From Alphaproteobacteria bacterium (lineage in GTDB: Bacteria; Pseudomonadota; Alphaproteobacteria; GCA-2731375), in the NCBI GenBank assembly GCA_965232515.1, contig CBDDPY010000002.1:4544001-4608000 (forward strand): a stretch of 64,000 nt of DNA. The letters are read 5' to 3'. Shown here piece after piece: positions 35,886 to 49,512 of the stretch (position 1 is its first letter; the number at the start of each line of letters is the position of its first letter). Under the pieces are notes generated by a model. It saw only the letters and a program-made list of their open reading frames with translations. It was not told where the DNA came from and made no database searches. Position numbers and translations under genes: made by a program.

Positions 35886-37105
35886 GCCGAGGCGGCGTTC
35901 GCCGCGAAATGGTCGGCGACCCGTGTCGCAAGGCGCGCGGCGACTTCGGTCTTCGACAGTTTGGGCCAGGAATCGACGCCGGCGCCGCTGACGATATGCA
36001 CGGTGTTGTCGTCACCGCCCATCACGCCGGCTGCCGGCGAGACGTCGTTGGCGACGATCCAGTCACAGCCCTTGCGCGCCCGCTTGGCCTGCGCGTGCTC
36101 GACAACGTTTTCGGTTTCGGCGGCGAAGCCGATCACTAGATCGGGCCGGCCGTCGTTGCGCCCGCTCAGGCTCGCCAGGATGTCGGGGTTTTCGACCAGG
36201 CGCAGCGGCGGCACGGATTTGCCGTCCTTTTTGATCTTCTGTTCCGCCGCGCCGTCGACACGCCAGTCGGCCACCGCCGCGGCGCAGACCGCGACATCGG
36301 CCGGCAGCGCCGATTCACAGGCGCGCAGCATCTCGCGGGCCGATTCGATACGCACCACGCGGACACCGGGCGGATCGGCTAGGTCGGTCGGGCCAGAGAC
36401 CAGCGTGGTCTCCGCGCCGAGCCGCGCCAGCGCGTCGGCGATTGCATGGCCCTGCTTGCCCGACGACCGATTGGCGAGATAGCGCACCGGATCGACCGCC
36501 TCGTATGTGGGACCTGACGTCACCAGCGCCCGCCGGCCCTGCAGCCGCGGCGACGCGCCCATGAAGAACTGCTCGACCGCGGCGACAACCTCCAGCGGCT
36601 CGGCCATGCGTCCGCTGCCGACCTCGCCGCAGGCGAGGTCGCCAGCGCCCGGTCCGACGCGAAGGACGCCGTCGGCTTCGAGCTGTTGCACGTTGCGTTG
36701 CGTCGCGACGTGGTTCCACATCTCGACGTTCATCGCCGGCGCCACCATGACCGGCTTGTCGGTCGCCAGCAGGACCGTCGTCGCCAGGTCGTCGGCCATA
36801 CCGGCGGCCATGCGCGCCATGATATCGGCCGTTGCCGGTGCCACCAGCAGCAGGTCCGCCTCCCGCGACAGCCGGATGTGCCCCATCTCGGCCTCGTCGG
36901 TCAGCGAAAAGACGTCCTGATAGACCTTCTCCTCGCTGAGCGCCGAGACCGACAACGGCGTCACGAACTGCGCGCCGCCGCGGGTCAGAACGCAGCGCAC
37001 GGCGGCGCCCCGCTCCTTCAGGCGGCGGATCAGGTCCAGCGACTTGTAGGCCGCGATCCCGCCCGAGATGATCAGCAGGACGCGTTTGCCGTTCAGCATG
37101 GTCAT
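35882..37105 (-). CDS. coaBC: Bifunctional phosphopantothenoylcysteine decarboxylase/synthetase
   Basis: [30 protein letters not shown] and GFAAET motifs. Confidence 0.95.
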   Translation of the reverse strand: MTMLNGKRVLLIISGGIAAYKSLDLIRRLKERGAAVRCVLTRGGAQFVTPLSVSALSEEKVYQDVFSLTDEAEMGHIRLSREADLLLVAPATADIMARMAAGMADDLATTVLLATDKPVMVAPAMNVEMWNHVATQRNVQQLEADGVLRVGPGAGDLACGEVGSGRMAEPLEVVAAVEQFFMGASPRLQGRRALVTSGPTYEAVDPVRYLANRSSGKQGHAIADALARLGAETTLVSGPTDLADPPGVRVVRIESAREMLRACESALPADVAVCAAAVADWRVDGAAEQKIKKDGKSVPPLRLVENPDILASLSGRNDGRPDLVIGFAAETENVVEHAQAKRARKGCDWIVANDVSPAAGVMGGDDNTVHIVSGAGVDSWPKLSKTEVAARLATRVADHFAANAASA

Positions 37106-37221
37106 GGCCTCATTCCACGGCGTTCCAGTGTATTTAGTCAACAATTACAGTTCCGCAAACGCGCGGGACCCAGATATGCGACTGGCAAAGGGCTTGACCC
37201 AGCCGGTATGGCCGATCCCTT

Positions 37222-37998
37222 TCAGACCGCCCAGCCGGAATGCAGGGCGGCGATGCCGCCGGCCAGATTTCGGTATTTGACGACGTCGAATCCGGCGCCG
37301 GTGATCATCTCGGCGAAGCGGTCCTGGTCGGGAAACTGCCGGATGCTTTCGGCCAGGTACTGATAGGCGGCGCGATCGCCCGCCACCATCTGGCCGATTT
37401 GCGGCAGCACCTTGAAGGAATAGGCGTCATAGACCGGTTCAAGACCAGCCACGGCCAGACGACTGAATTCCAGGCAGATGAACCGCCCGCCGGGCTTCAG
37501 GACCCGTCGGGACTCGGCCAGAACGGCCGCGATATCCGTGCAGTTGCGGATGCCGAAGGCGATCGTGACGGCGTTGACGGCGCGGTCTTTCAGCGGCAGG
37601 GACTCGCCGTCGCCGCACAGCCAGTCGACGTGGCTGTCGTCCAGCTTGCGCCGCGCCGCCCGGCTGCGGCCGACCTGCAGCATTTCGGCATTGATGTCGA
37701 CGATGCTGACATGTCCGCGGCCGCCCATCCGGTCGAGAAAACGGAAAGCGATGTCACCGGTGCCGCCGGCCAGGTCCAACAGATGCATATCGGGGCGCGG
37801 TCGCAGCCAGTCGATCAGCGCCGTCTTCCACAACCGGTGCAGACCGCCCGACATCAGGTCGTTCATCAGGTCGTAGCGGCGGGCGACGCTGTCGAAGACC
37901 GCCCGCACGCGCCCGGCCTTTTCCGACCGCGGCACGGTCTCGAAGCCGAAGTGGGTCAGCGTCTCGCCGTCGCGCGGTTCGAAGTTCGTCGTGCCCAT
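37222..37998 (-). CDS. ubiE: Ubiquinone/menaquinone C-methyltransferase UbiE
   Basis: [29 protein letters not shown] and YQYLAESI motifs; start at 37998 or 38016. Confidence 0.93.
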   Translation of the reverse strand: MGTTNFEPRDGETLTHFGFETVPRSEKAGRVRAVFDSVARRYDLMNDLMSGGLHRLWKTALIDWLRPRPDMHLLDLAGGTGDIAFRFLDRMGGRGHVSIVDINAEMLQVGRSRAARRKLDDSHVDWLCGDGESLPLKDRAVNAVTIAFGIRNCTDIAAVLAESRRVLKPGGRFICLEFSRLAVAGLEPVYDAYSFKVLPQIGQMVAGDRAAYQYLAESIRQFPDQDRFAEMITGAGFDVVKYRNLAGGIAALHSGWAV

Positions 37999-38045
37999 GT
38001 CTTGGATATAGCGCATGCCCGGGCCTTGCGCTATCGTCCGCCGCC

Positions 38046-38870
38046 ATGCCTGAACTGCCGGAAGTCGAGACCGTCCGCCGCGGCCTGATCGGGCCGCTCG
38101 AAGGCCGTGTGCTGGCGCGCGTGCAACAGAACCGGCCGGATCTGCGCTGGCCGCTGCCGGCTAACTTCGCCAAGCGGCTCACCGGACGGCGCGTCCAACG
38201 GCTCGACCGGCGCGCCAAGTTCATCCTCGCCCGTCTCGACGACGGCCAGGTCTGGATCACCCATCTCGGCATGTCGGGCCGGATGCTGTTGAGCCGCGAC
38301 GCCACCGTGCCGCCGGGCCCGCACGATCACATCGTCATCGAGACCGACGGCGGCGATGTCGTGACGTTCAACGACGTCCGCCGGTTCGGGATGATGGATC
38401 TGGTGCCGGAAGACGACATCGCCGAGCATTTTCTGCTGCGCGAGCTCGGGCCGGAACCGCTCGGCAACGCCTTTAACGACGCGGCGCTGTCGGCGGCGCT
38501 CGCCGGCCGCAAGACGCCGATCAAGGCGGCGCTGCTCGACCAGAAGATCGTCGCCGGGCTCGGCAACATCTATGTCTGCGAAGCGCTTTACCGCGCCGGC
38601 ATCTCGCCGAAGCGCCTGGCGCGGTCGGTTGCCGGAAAGCGCGCGGCGCGCCTGGTGCCGGCAATCCGCGATGTGCTCGACCAGGCGATCGCCGCCGGCG
38701 GCTCCAGCCTGCGGGACTACGTCCAGGCCTCGGGCGAGCTTGGTTATTTCCAGCACAACTTCGCCGTCTACGGCCGCGAGGGCGAGCCCTGCCAGAACTG
38801 CGGCAAGCCGGTAAGGCGAATCGTGCAGAGCGGCAGATCGACCTTCTATTGCGGCGCCTGCCAGCGCTAG
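38046..38870 (+). CDS. mutM: Formamidopyrimidine-DNA glycosylase
   Basis: [20 protein letters not shown] and C-terminal zinc finger (CQNC...CGAC). Confidence 0.97.
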   Translation: MPELPEVETVRRGLIGPLEGRVLARVQQNRPDLRWPLPANFAKRLTGRRVQRLDRRAKFILARLDDGQVWITHLGMSGRMLLSRDATVPPGPHDHIVIETDGGDVVTFNDVRRFGMMDLVPEDDIAEHFLLRELGPEPLGNAFNDAALSAALAGRKTPIKAALLDQKIVAGLGNIYVCEALYRAGISPKRLARSVAGKRAARLVPAIRDVLDQAIAAGGSSLRDYVQASGELGYFQHNFAVYGREGEPCQNCGKPVRRIVQSGRSTFYCGACQR

Positions 38871-39025
38871 CGTTTCTTCGCGGCCGGCAAGGTTGATTCG
38901 ATTGCGGCCGATACCGTAAACAAGCGGGCCCCTGGCGTTGGCGCGGCCCCCGGGCCGCGAATCGTCGGTCCCTCTCCCTCACGCGACGACGGGGCGGCGG
39001 GCGTTGATCTCTTGAGGAGCCAGAC

Positions 39026-39802
39026 ATGGCCTACGAAAACATTCTCGTCGATACGCAGGGCGCGGTCGGCATCATCCGGCTGAACCGGCCGAAGGCATTG
39101 AACGCCTTGAACGCGGCCTTGGTGGCCGATGTCGGCGCGGCGCTCGATGCGTTCGAGGCCGACGACGAGATCGGCTGCATCGTGCTGACCGGCAACGAGA
39201 AGGCATTCGCCGCCGGCGCTGACATCAAGGAGATGCAGCCAAAGGATTATATGGTCGTCTACAAGGAGGACTTCATCACCAGCGGCTGGGAGCGGGTGGC
39301 CCAATGCCGCAAGCCGATCATCGCCGCGGTGGCCGGCTTCGCGCTCGGCGGCGGCTGCGAGGTGGCCATGATGTGCGACTTCATCATCGCCGCCGACAAC
39401 GCCAAGTTCGGCCAGCCGGAAATCCAGCTCGGCACCATACCGGGCGCCGGCGGCACCCAGCGCCTGACCCGGTTCGTCGGCAAGTCGAAGGCCATGGAGA
39501 TGGTGCTGACGGGCCGGATGATGGATGCCGAGGAAGCCGAGCGCGCCGGCCTGGTCAGCCGGGTGGTGGCGGTCGACGACCTGATGGAGGACGCCGTGGC
39601 GACGGCGGCCAAGATCGCCAAGCTGTCTCAGCCGGTGGTGATGATGGCGAAGGAATCGGTGAACCGGGCTTACGAATCCACGCTCGCCGAGGGCGTCCGC
39701 TTCGAGCGGCGCCTGTTCCATTCGACCTTCTCGACCGAAGATCGCAGCGAGGGCATGGCCGCCTTCGTGGAAAAACGCGAGCCGCAGTTCAAACACCGCT
39801 AG
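39026..39802 (+). CDS. Enoyl-CoA hydratase (crotonase family)
   Basis: [22 protein letters not shown] and PGAGGTQRL motifs. Confidence 0.93.
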   Translation: MAYENILVDTQGAVGIIRLNRPKALNALNAALVADVGAALDAFEADDEIGCIVLTGNEKAFAAGADIKEMQPKDYMVVYKEDFITSGWERVAQCRKPIIAAVAGFALGGGCEVAMMCDFIIAADNAKFGQPEIQLGTIPGAGGTQRLTRFVGKSKAMEMVLTGRMMDAEEAERAGLVSRVVAVDDLMEDAVATAAKIAKLSQPVVMMAKESVNRAYESTLAEGVRFERRLFHSTFSTEDRSEGMAAFVEKREPQFKHR

Positions 39803-39843
39803 ATGCATCGGCGCGAATCGGCCGCGTTAGTGATTGTTACGGA

Positions 39844-39873
39844 TTGACCAAGTCGGCGCCATGCGTCTATATC
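39844..39873 (+). promoter_or_regulatory. Sigma70-like promoter upstream of rpsT
   Basis: TTGACC-N18-TATATC about 35 nt upstream of the rpsT ATG. Confidence 0.5.
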
Positions 39874-39908
39874 GGCGCCGCATGGATCGAGAGGCTTAAG
39901 GTTCCAGT

Positions 39909-40172
39909 ATGGCAAACACGAAATCAGCGAAGAAACGGCTTCGCCAGACCGAGCGGCGCACGGCCGTCAATCGTGCGCGGACAAGTCGCGTTCGGACGTT
40001 TCTGCGACAGGTTGAAGAGGCGATTGCCAGCGGTAACAAGGACGCGGCCACCGAGGCTTTTAAGGCGGTCGAGCCCGAATTGATGCGGGGTGCACAGCAC
40101 AACATCATGCATCGCAATACGGCCTCGCGGAAGATCTCGCGGCTGGCCCGACGCATCAACGCGATGTCGTAG
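39909..40172 (+). CDS. rpsT: 30S ribosomal protein S20
   Basis: [10 protein letters not shown] and H.NTASRK.SRL motifs; upstream of dnaA. Confidence 0.97.
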   Translation: MANTKSAKKRLRQTERRTAVNRARTSRVRTFLRQVEEAIASGNKDAATEAFKAVEPELMRGAQHNIMHRNTASRKISRLARRINAMS

Positions 40173-40687
40173 CATTTTTGCAACAGTAGGGATAAAAAAC
40201 GGTATCGCCCATCGGACGTTACAGCCTGGATTTTGGTTGAAGGTCAGTGCGTTGACCGGATTCCCGCGGCGCCGAAAGGGATCGATTTCCTAATATCCCT
40301 GAGTTCTCTATTTTGTCCTGTTGCATGCTGTTAACCGTCGCATTACTGTAACTCTGCTCCGCCAAGGCGGGGTGCCACAAATCAAACCAAAGTATCGGTG
40401 ACTAACACCGGTTGCGGATCACATAATGGTCCGCAAGAGGGCATGCTTTGTGTTTTGAAATTGGCAACGAAGTAGTGTTGACTATTAAGCCTCGGGCGGG
40501 CTTTTCAATGCGGTATTATCAACCTGGATCCATCGAAACCGGTCCGGGCAAATAAAAAGGGGGCTCTAAATGGCTCTGCGGACTATTTGCGTGTCCAGCC
40601 ATTCAAATCGGGAGAATATTCTAGGGGCGGCTAGGCGTAACCGAACGTTGAGTCGGTGCGCGTGTATAAACCGAATCGGAATACGCC

Positions 40688-42094
40688 ATGTCTGTTGCAC
40701 TGAGTAGGCCGGTTGCCGCTATGGATCGGTCGTTCGAAGAACAATGGGAGCGTGTCCGCGCCCGTCTGCGCGCGGAATATGGGGACGCCACTTTCAATAG
40801 CTGGCTGAAACCGCTGTTATTGCAGAGCGGGCGTGACGGCTTCGTCACGCTGACCGCGCCGACCCGGTTCATGCGGGATTGGGTCAACTCGCACTATGGC
40901 GAGCGATTGCGCGCCTTCTGGCAGGGCGAGAACGATAAGGTGCAGGAGGTCGAGATCCTTGTCCGGCCGCCGCAACCGGTCGCACGGCCGAAGCCTTCGG
41001 AAGATGCGGACGCGGCCGAACCCGCTCAGGCTGCCGAATCGGGCGCGCCGAGCGGCGGCGGCCGGGATATCGGTTCGCCGCTCGATCCGCGGTTTCGGTT
41101 CGACAGCTTTGTCGTCGGCCGCTCGAACGAGCTGGCCTATGCCGCGGCGCGGCGGGTGGCCGAATCGTCGACCGTTCGCTTCAATCCGCTGTTCCTCTAT
41201 GGCGGCGTCGGCCTCGGCAAGACACATCTCATGCACGCTATCGCCTGGCACATCCGCGAGCGCGAGCCGGCGCGTCGCGTGGTCTATCTGTCGGCCGAGA
41301 AGTTCATGTACCAGTTCGTGCGGGCGTTGCGCGACAAGGAGTCCATGAGCTTCAAGCAGCAGTTCCGCTCTGCCGACGTGCTGATGATCGACGATGTGCA
41401 GTTCTTCAGCCGCAAGGATTCGACGCAGGAAGAGTTCTTCCACACGTTCAATGCGCTGATCGACCAGAACCGTCAGATCGTGATCTCGGCCGATCGCTCG
41501 CCAACCGATCTGGAAGACATCGAGGAACGGATCCGCTCCCGCCTTGGCTGGGGTCTGGTGGCCGACATCCATCATACCGACTACGAGCTGCGGCTCGGGA
41601 TCCTGCAGGCCAAGGCGCGCGGCGCCGGCGCCCAGGAGGTGCCGCCGAAGGTGCTGGAGTTCCTGGCCCACCGGATCACCTCGAATGTCCGCGAGCTGGA
41701 AGGCGCGTTGAACCGGATCCTGGCCTACGCCAATCTCGTCGGCCGGCCGATCAGCCTGGAGATGACCCAGGAGGTGCTGCAGGACCTGCTGCGGGCCAAC
41801 GATCGGCGCGTCACCATCGACGAGATCCAGAAGAAGGTGGCGGCGCACTACAACATCCGCATCGCCGACATGCATTCGGCCCGCCGCGCGCGCAATGTCG
41901 CCCGCCCGCGACAGATCGCCATGTATCTGTCGAAGCAGTTGACGACGCGGTCGCTGCCGGAGATCGGCCGCAAGTTCGGTGGCCGCGACCACACCACGGT
42001 GATGCATGCCGTGCGCCGGATCGAGGAGCTGCGCCAGACCGATTCGACGCTGGCCGAGGACATCGATCTGCTGCGGCGGATGTTGGAGGCCTGA
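40688..42094 (+). CDS. dnaA: Chromosomal replication initiator DnaA
   Basis: [31 protein letters not shown] and [11 protein letters not shown] motifs; start at 40688 or 40721. Confidence 0.98.
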   Translation: MSVALSRPVAAMDRSFEEQWERVRARLRAEYGDATFNSWLKPLLLQSGRDGFVTLTAPTRFMRDWVNSHYGERLRAFWQGENDKVQEVEILVRPPQPVARPKPSEDADAAEPAQAAESGAPSGGGRDIGSPLDPRFRFDSFVVGRSNELAYAAARRVAESSTVRFNPLFLYGGVGLGKTHLMHAIAWHIREREPARRVVYLSAEKFMYQFVRALRDKESMSFKQQFRSADVLMIDDVQFFSRKDSTQEEFFHTFNALIDQNRQIVISADRSPTDLEDIEERIRSRLGWGLVADIHHTDYELRLGILQAKARGAGAQEVPPKVLEFLAHRITSNVRELEGALNRILAYANLVGRPISLEMTQEVLQDLLRANDRRVTIDEIQKKVAAHYNIRIADMHSARRARNVARPRQIAMYLSKQLTTRSLPEIGRKFGGRDHTTVMHAVRRIEELRQTDSTLAEDIDLLRRMLEA

Positions 42095-42102
42095 TCACTT
42101 TT

Positions 42103-42133
42103 TGGCGCGCCCGTCGGCCGATTGGGCGCGCCA
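42103..42133. other. GC-rich stem-loop immediately after dnaA
   Basis: TGGCGCGCCC...GGGCGCGCCA; no downstream U-tract on either strand. Confidence 0.45.
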
Positions 42134-42494
42134 TTCGAGCGGAAGACAGGCGGCTTGGCGGCGGAATCGTGGCCGAGTTGCTTGTCGGTCTCGAATTGCC
42201 ATTGAAATCAAGCCGTTAAGCCCTATCTTCCGTCCCGTAAACACGGTCGTCTGCGACCGTCGAACAGCAGCGGAATGACCATGCCGAGAGGCTTCGGCGG
42301 GCCTGCCGCGCGCCACGGAATTGCGTGCGAAATCAATCGCTTTCTGCTATGTTTTGAACCCGTCCACAGGGCTGTTCGGATATCCGCATTGATGCCGCAT
42401 TCGACGCCTCGGCCGGGCCTCATCCGGGGCTGTCCCGAGACCGTGTAGACGGCCCGCAATTCGCCAGACAATTGGCCGATACGGACACGAGAAC

Positions 42495-43613
42495 ATGCAT
42501 CTGACGATCGAACGCAGCGCCCTTCTCCGGTCGCTCTCCCACATCCAAAGCGTGGTCGAGAAACGCAATACCATTCCCATCCTGTCGAACGTGCAATTGG
42601 TCGCCGAAGACGGAAAGCTCAGCCTGACGGCGACGGACCTGGATCTGGCGATCGTCGAAACCGCGGCCTGCGATGTCGTGCAGCCCGGCGGCACGACGGC
42701 GCCGGCGCACACGCTCTACGACATCGTTAGGAAAATACCCGACGGCTCCCAGGTGGAATTTTCCTACAATTCGGAAGATAGTCGCCTGACCTTGCGGGCC
42801 GGCCGGTCGGAATTCGCGCTGTCCTGCCTGCCGCGCGAGGACTTTCCCGTCATGGCCGACGACGATCTGCCGCATCGGTTCACGGTCACGGCCAGCGATC
42901 TGAAACGGCTGATCGAGAAGACCCGCTTCGCGATCTCCACCGAGGAGACGCGATACTATCTGAACGGCATCTATCTGCACACCGCGACGGGCGGCGAGGG
43001 CGCCGTGTTGCGGGCGGTGGCGACCGACGGACACCGCTTGGCGCGGGTCGAGATTCCGGCGCCGACCGGCGCCGAGGCCGTGCCGGGCATTATCGTGCCG
43101 CGCAAGACCGTCAACGAAGTGCACAAGCTGATCGAGGACCTCGACACCGGGGTCGAGGTGGCGCTGTCGGAAACCAAGATCCGCTTCGCCTTCGATTCCG
43201 TCGTGCTGACCTCGAAACTGATCGACGGCACCTTCCCCGACTACGAGCGGGTGATCCCGGCCAACAACGACAAGCTGCTGCATGTCGACGGCAAGGTCTT
43301 TGCCGACGCCGTGGACCGGGTTTCGACGATCAGCTCCGAGAAGTCGCGGGCAGTCAAGCTGGCGCTGGACCAGGACCGGCTCGTCCTTTCGGCGAATAGC
43401 CCGGAACAGGGCAGCGCTACCGAGGAGGTGTCGGTCGATTTCGGCGGCGAGCATCTGGAAATCGGCTTCAATTCCCGCTACCTGCTGGACATCACCGGCC
43501 AGATCGACGGCGACAGCGCGCAGTTCTCGCTCGCGGACGCGGCCTCGCCGACAATCATCCGGGACGCGGCGGACGACAGCGCGCTTTATGTGCTGATGCC
43601 GATGCGGGTCTGA
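42495..43613 (+). CDS. dnaN: DNA polymerase III beta clamp
   Basis: IPILSNV, ATDLD, ETRYYLNG, ATDGHRL and C-terminal MPMRV motifs. Confidence 0.97.
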   Translation: MHLTIERSALLRSLSHIQSVVEKRNTIPILSNVQLVAEDGKLSLTATDLDLAIVETAACDVVQPGGTTAPAHTLYDIVRKIPDGSQVEFSYNSEDSRLTLRAGRSEFALSCLPREDFPVMADDDLPHRFTVTASDLKRLIEKTRFAISTEETRYYLNGIYLHTATGGEGAVLRAVATDGHRLARVEIPAPTGAEAVPGIIVPRKTVNEVHKLIEDLDTGVEVALSETKIRFAFDSVVLTSKLIDGTFPDYERVIPANNDKLLHVDGKVFADAVDRVSTISSEKSRAVKLALDQDRLVLSANSPEQGSATEEVSVDFGGEHLEIGFNSRYLLDITGQIDGDSAQFSLADAASPTIIRDAADDSALYVLMPMRV

Positions 43614-43683
43614 AGGAGCGACGGTCATCGCGTCGTCCACTGCGCTTGCCAGAACCGGGGCCGGCCACGCGTCCGCCCAAGAC

Positions 43684-44847
43684 ATGCTGACGCCGACGCC
43701 GGCCGTCGCGCGGCTGCGCTTGACCGACTTCCGCTGCTACGCCGGATTGCGGCTCGAGGTCGCGCCGGAGTCCGGCGTCGGCCCGGTGGTGCTCTACGGG
43801 CCGAACGGCGCCGGCAAGACCAACCTGCTGGAGGCGCTGTCGTTCCTGTCGCCGGGACGTGGCCTGCGCCGGGCGCGGCTGGCTGACGTCGGTCGCCAGG
43901 GTGCCGACGGTGGTTGGGCCGTATCGGCGCGGCTGCTGACGGCCGACGGCGAGACTGATGTGGGCACCGGCCTGGAACGACGCGAGGGCGCGAACGGCAG
44001 CCTTGTCGAGCGTCGCACCGTGCGCATCGATGGAACCAACGTTTCCGGACCGGCGGCATTGGCCGACGTACTGGGCGTGCAATGGCTGACGCCGCAGATG
44101 GACCGCCTGTTCCTCGAGGGCGCCGGCGCCCGACGGCGGTTCCTGGACCGGCTGGTGTTCGGCTTCGACCCGGAGCACATCCGCCGCACGGTCGCTTACG
44201 AAAAAGCGCTGCGCGAACGCGCGCGTCTGTTGAAGGCGGGCCGCGCCGACGCGGACTGGCTGACCGCGCTCGAGGCGCAGATGTCCGGCCACGCCATCGC
44301 CATCGCCGCGGCGCGGCGCGATGCCGTCGACCGGATCGAGCGGGCGCTGACGCATGGCATCGGCCCGTTCCCCCGGGCCACGATCCGAATCAGCGGCAGC
44401 GTCGAGGATGGCCTTGCCGATCGGCCGGCGGTCGATGTCGAGGCCGGTTTCGCCGAGGCGCTGCGGCAGGGGCGGCCGCGCGATGCCGAGACCGGCGGCG
44501 CCGGCGAGGGGCCGCATCGCAGCGATCTGCTGGTGCGGCATGCCGAGAAGGATATGGCGGCGGCGGACTGCTCGACGGGCGAGCAGAAGACCCTGCTGAT
44601 CGCGGTCCTGTTGGCGAATGCGCGGCTCGAGTCGGCCCGACGCGGGGCGCCGCCGATGTTGCTGCTCGACGAGGTCGCGGCGCATCTCGACGGCGACCGG
44701 CGGGCGGCGCTGTATGAGGAGATTCTGGCGCTCGGTGGTCAGGCCTGGCTGACCGGCACCGACCGATCGCTGTTCGAGGCGCTCTCCGGACGGGCGCGCT
44801 TTTTCGAGGTGCGGGACGCTGAGGTCAGCGACCGCGGTGTCGGTTGA
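43684..44847 (+). CDS. recF: DNA replication/repair protein RecF
   Basis: GPNGAGKTN, RRRFLDR, GPHRSD, STGEQK and LLDEV.AHLD motifs. Confidence 0.95.
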   Translation: MLTPTPAVARLRLTDFRCYAGLRLEVAPESGVGPVVLYGPNGAGKTNLLEALSFLSPGRGLRRARLADVGRQGADGGWAVSARLLTADGETDVGTGLERREGANGSLVERRTVRIDGTNVSGPAALADVLGVQWLTPQMDRLFLEGAGARRRFLDRLVFGFDPEHIRRTVAYEKALRERARLLKAGRADADWLTALEAQMSGHAIAIAAARRDAVDRIERALTHGIGPFPRATIRISGSVEDGLADRPAVDVEAGFAEALRQGRPRDAETGGAGEGPHRSDLLVRHAEKDMAAADCSTGEQKTLLIAVLLANARLESARRGAPPMLLLDEVAAHLDGDRRAALYEEILALGGQAWLTGTDRSLFEALSGRARFFEVRDAEVSDRGVG

Positions 44848-44860
44848 TGCCGACGGTTGA

Positions 44861-47317
<2,457 letters not shown>

Positions 47318-47490
47318 CAGCGGATAATTTTCGCTGTTCGCAAATGTTCCAATTCGGCGCCAGGACCGCAAAGGACTTGCATGATTCGGTTAATCGTCTC
47401 ATTTCCAGCTTATGACACCTCGTCACCAAGATCCCGTCTCCGTCCATCGGGCTAGGGCGGCGTTCCCGTACGCGTAACCTCAGGCAGGGC

Positions 47491-49509
47491 ATGACCACGA
47501 AACGCGGAAATCAGAGACGGGGTCAAAAGAACACACATCGGCGGAAACCGGCGCGCGGCCGCTCGCCGCTGCGGTTCCTGCTCTACTGGACCAGCGTGCT
47601 CGCGGTCTGGGGCGTGATCGGCATCATGGGCGTGCTGGTCTGGTACGCTTACGACCTGCCCGACGTCGACAAGCTGCGCAAGCTCGACCGTCAGCCGTCG
47701 GTGACGCTGGTGGCGACGGACGGCACCACAATCGCCGCCTTCGGCGACCTCTACGGCGAGGCCTTGCCCTTGTCTGAGATGCCGCCGGTGCTGTTGGAGG
47801 CCGTGGTCGCCACCGAGGACAGGCGCTTCTACAACCACTACGGCGTCGATCCGTTCGGCCTGGCGCGCGCCACCGTCGCCAACGTGCGCGCCGGCCGGGT
47901 CGTGCAGGGCGGCAGCACCATCACCCAGCAGCTCGCCAAGAACGTCTTCCTGACCCAGGACCGGACGATCAAACGCAAGGCCCAGGAGGTCCTGCTGTCG
48001 TTCTGGCTGGAGCACAATTTCTCGAAGCAGCAGATCCTGCAGCTCTATCTGAACCGGGTCTATCTCGGCGCCGGCACCTACGGCGTCGAAGCCGCGTCGC
48101 GGCGCTATTTCGGCAAATCGGCGCGTGAGCTGACATTGGCCGAGGCGGCGATGATCGCCGGGCTGCTGAAGGCGCCGTCGCGCTACGCGCCGACGCGCGA
48201 TCTGACCGCCGCGCGCGACCGCGCCGCCGTGGTGCTCGCCAGCATGGTCGACGCCGGCTTTATCGACAAGGCCACCATGCAGGCGGCCCGGGCCAAGCCC
48301 GCCGGCCTCGACAGCCGCGCGCTACCGAGCCAGGGCGCACGCTATTTCGCCGACTGGCTGCTCGACCGGGTGCCGGACTTCCTCGGCCATGCCGACCGCG
48401 ACCTGATCGTCGTCACCACGCTCGATGCCGGCCTGCAGCGACAGGCCGAGCGTGCCGTCGAGGCGGCGTTGGCGCGCGACGGCGGCACGGTCGGCGCCGG
48501 TCAGGCGGCGCTGCTGGTGATGGACCATGACGGCGCCGTCCGCGCCATGGTCGGCGGCCGCAACTACCAGAAAAGCCAGTTCAACCGCGCCACCCAGGCG
48601 CGCCGGCAGCCCGGCTCGGCCTTCAAGCCCGTGGTCTATCTCGCCGGGCTGGAAGCCGGCCTCGATCCGGAATCGACGTTCGACGACATTCCCGTCACTG
48701 TCGACGGCTGGTCGCCGCGCAACTATTCCGGCAAGCATGAGGGCGCGGTCAGCATGCGTTACGCGCTGGCCCGCTCGATCAACACGGTTGCCGTGCGCGT
48801 GTCGGAATGGGCCGGCCGCGGCAACGTGATCAACGCGGCGTTCCGGCTCGGCATCACATCGGAAATTCCGGCGCATCCGTCGATCGCGCTCGGCACCGCC
48901 GAAGTCAGCCTGCTCGACCTGACGGCGGCCTACGGCACCTTCGCCAACGGCGGCCTCGGCACCCTGCCGCACGCCATTGTCGAGATCCGCGACCGCAGCG
49001 GCCGGGTGCTGTACCAGCGCAAGGGCGCCGGCGCCGGCCGGGTGATCTCGGCCCAACATGCCGGCCAGATGACCGATATGCTGCGCGCGGTGATGCACGG
49101 CGGCACCGGCAAGCTCGCCCGGCTCGAGCGGCCGTCCGCCGGCAAGACCGGCACCAGCCAGGATTTCCGCGATGCCTGGTTCGTCGGTTATACCGGCCAG
49201 ATGGTGGTCGGCGTCTGGGTCGGCAACGACGACGGCCGGCCGATGAAGCGTGTCACCGGCGGCGGCCTGCCGGCCAAGCTGTGGCGCGATTTCATGGTCG
49301 GCGCGCACAAGGACCTGCCGGCCGCGCCGCTGCTCGATGCGTCCCGGATCGCCGCCGCTGGCCGCGTCGACGGCAATTTCATCGAACGCCTGATTCGCAA
49401 GCTCTCGAGTGATGAGATCGCGCCCGCCGCCGGCGGCAACGTCAGGCCCGCGAACAGCGGTGGTGGCGGCGGCAGCGACAGCGGCTACGACCGCGACGGT
49501 GGCAGTTAG
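47491..49509 (+). CDS. Class A penicillin-binding protein (PBP1A family)
   Basis: N-terminal TM; EDRRF, GGSTITQQL and YLNRVY transglycosylase motifs; SAFK, SIN and KTG transpeptidase motifs. Confidence 0.93.
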   Translation: MTTKRGNQRRGQKNTHRRKPARGRSPLRFLLYWTSVLAVWGVIGIMGVLVWYAYDLPDVDKLRKLDRQPSVTLVATDGTTIAAFGDLYGEALPLSEMPPVLLEAVVATEDRRFYNHYGVDPFGLARATVANVRAGRVVQGGSTITQQLAKNVFLTQDRTIKRKAQEVLLSFWLEHNFSKQQILQLYLNRVYLGAGTYGVEAASRRYFGKSARELTLAEAAMIAGLLKAPSRYAPTRDLTAARDRAAVVLASMVDAGFIDKATMQAARAKPAGLDSRALPSQGARYFADWLLDRVPDFLGHADRDLIVVTTLDAGLQRQAERAVEAALARDGGTVGAGQAALLVMDHDGAVRAMVGGRNYQKSQFNRATQARRQPGSAFKPVVYLAGLEAGLDPESTFDDIPVTVDGWSPRNYSGKHEGAVSMRYALARSINTVAVRVSEWAGRGNVINAAFRLGITSEIPAHPSIALGTAEVSLLDLTAAYGTFANGGLGTLPHAIVEIRDRSGRVLYQRKGAGAGRVISAQHAGQMTDMLRAVMHGGTGKLARLERPSAGKTGTSQDFRDAWFVGYTGQMVVGVWVGNDDGRPMKRVTGGGLPAKLWRDFMVGAHKDLPAAPLLDASRIAAAGRVDGNFIERLIRKLSSDEIAPAAGGNVRPANSGGGGGSDSGYDRDGGS

Positions 49510-49512
49510 GCC

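Noticed and set aside
40330-40352. CtrA box upstream of dnaA (TTAA...TTAC)
   Set aside because: The half-sites are 8 nt apart rather than the required 7, and the second half-site is imperfect.
40173-42494. oriC in the spacers flanking dnaA
   Set aside because: Only isolated degenerate DnaA-box-like words (for example CGTGTATAA, TAGGGATAA), with no cluster of good boxes and no clear DUE repeats. Alphaproteobacterial origins are often elsewhere, such as near hemE. GC-skew analysis would be needed to decide.
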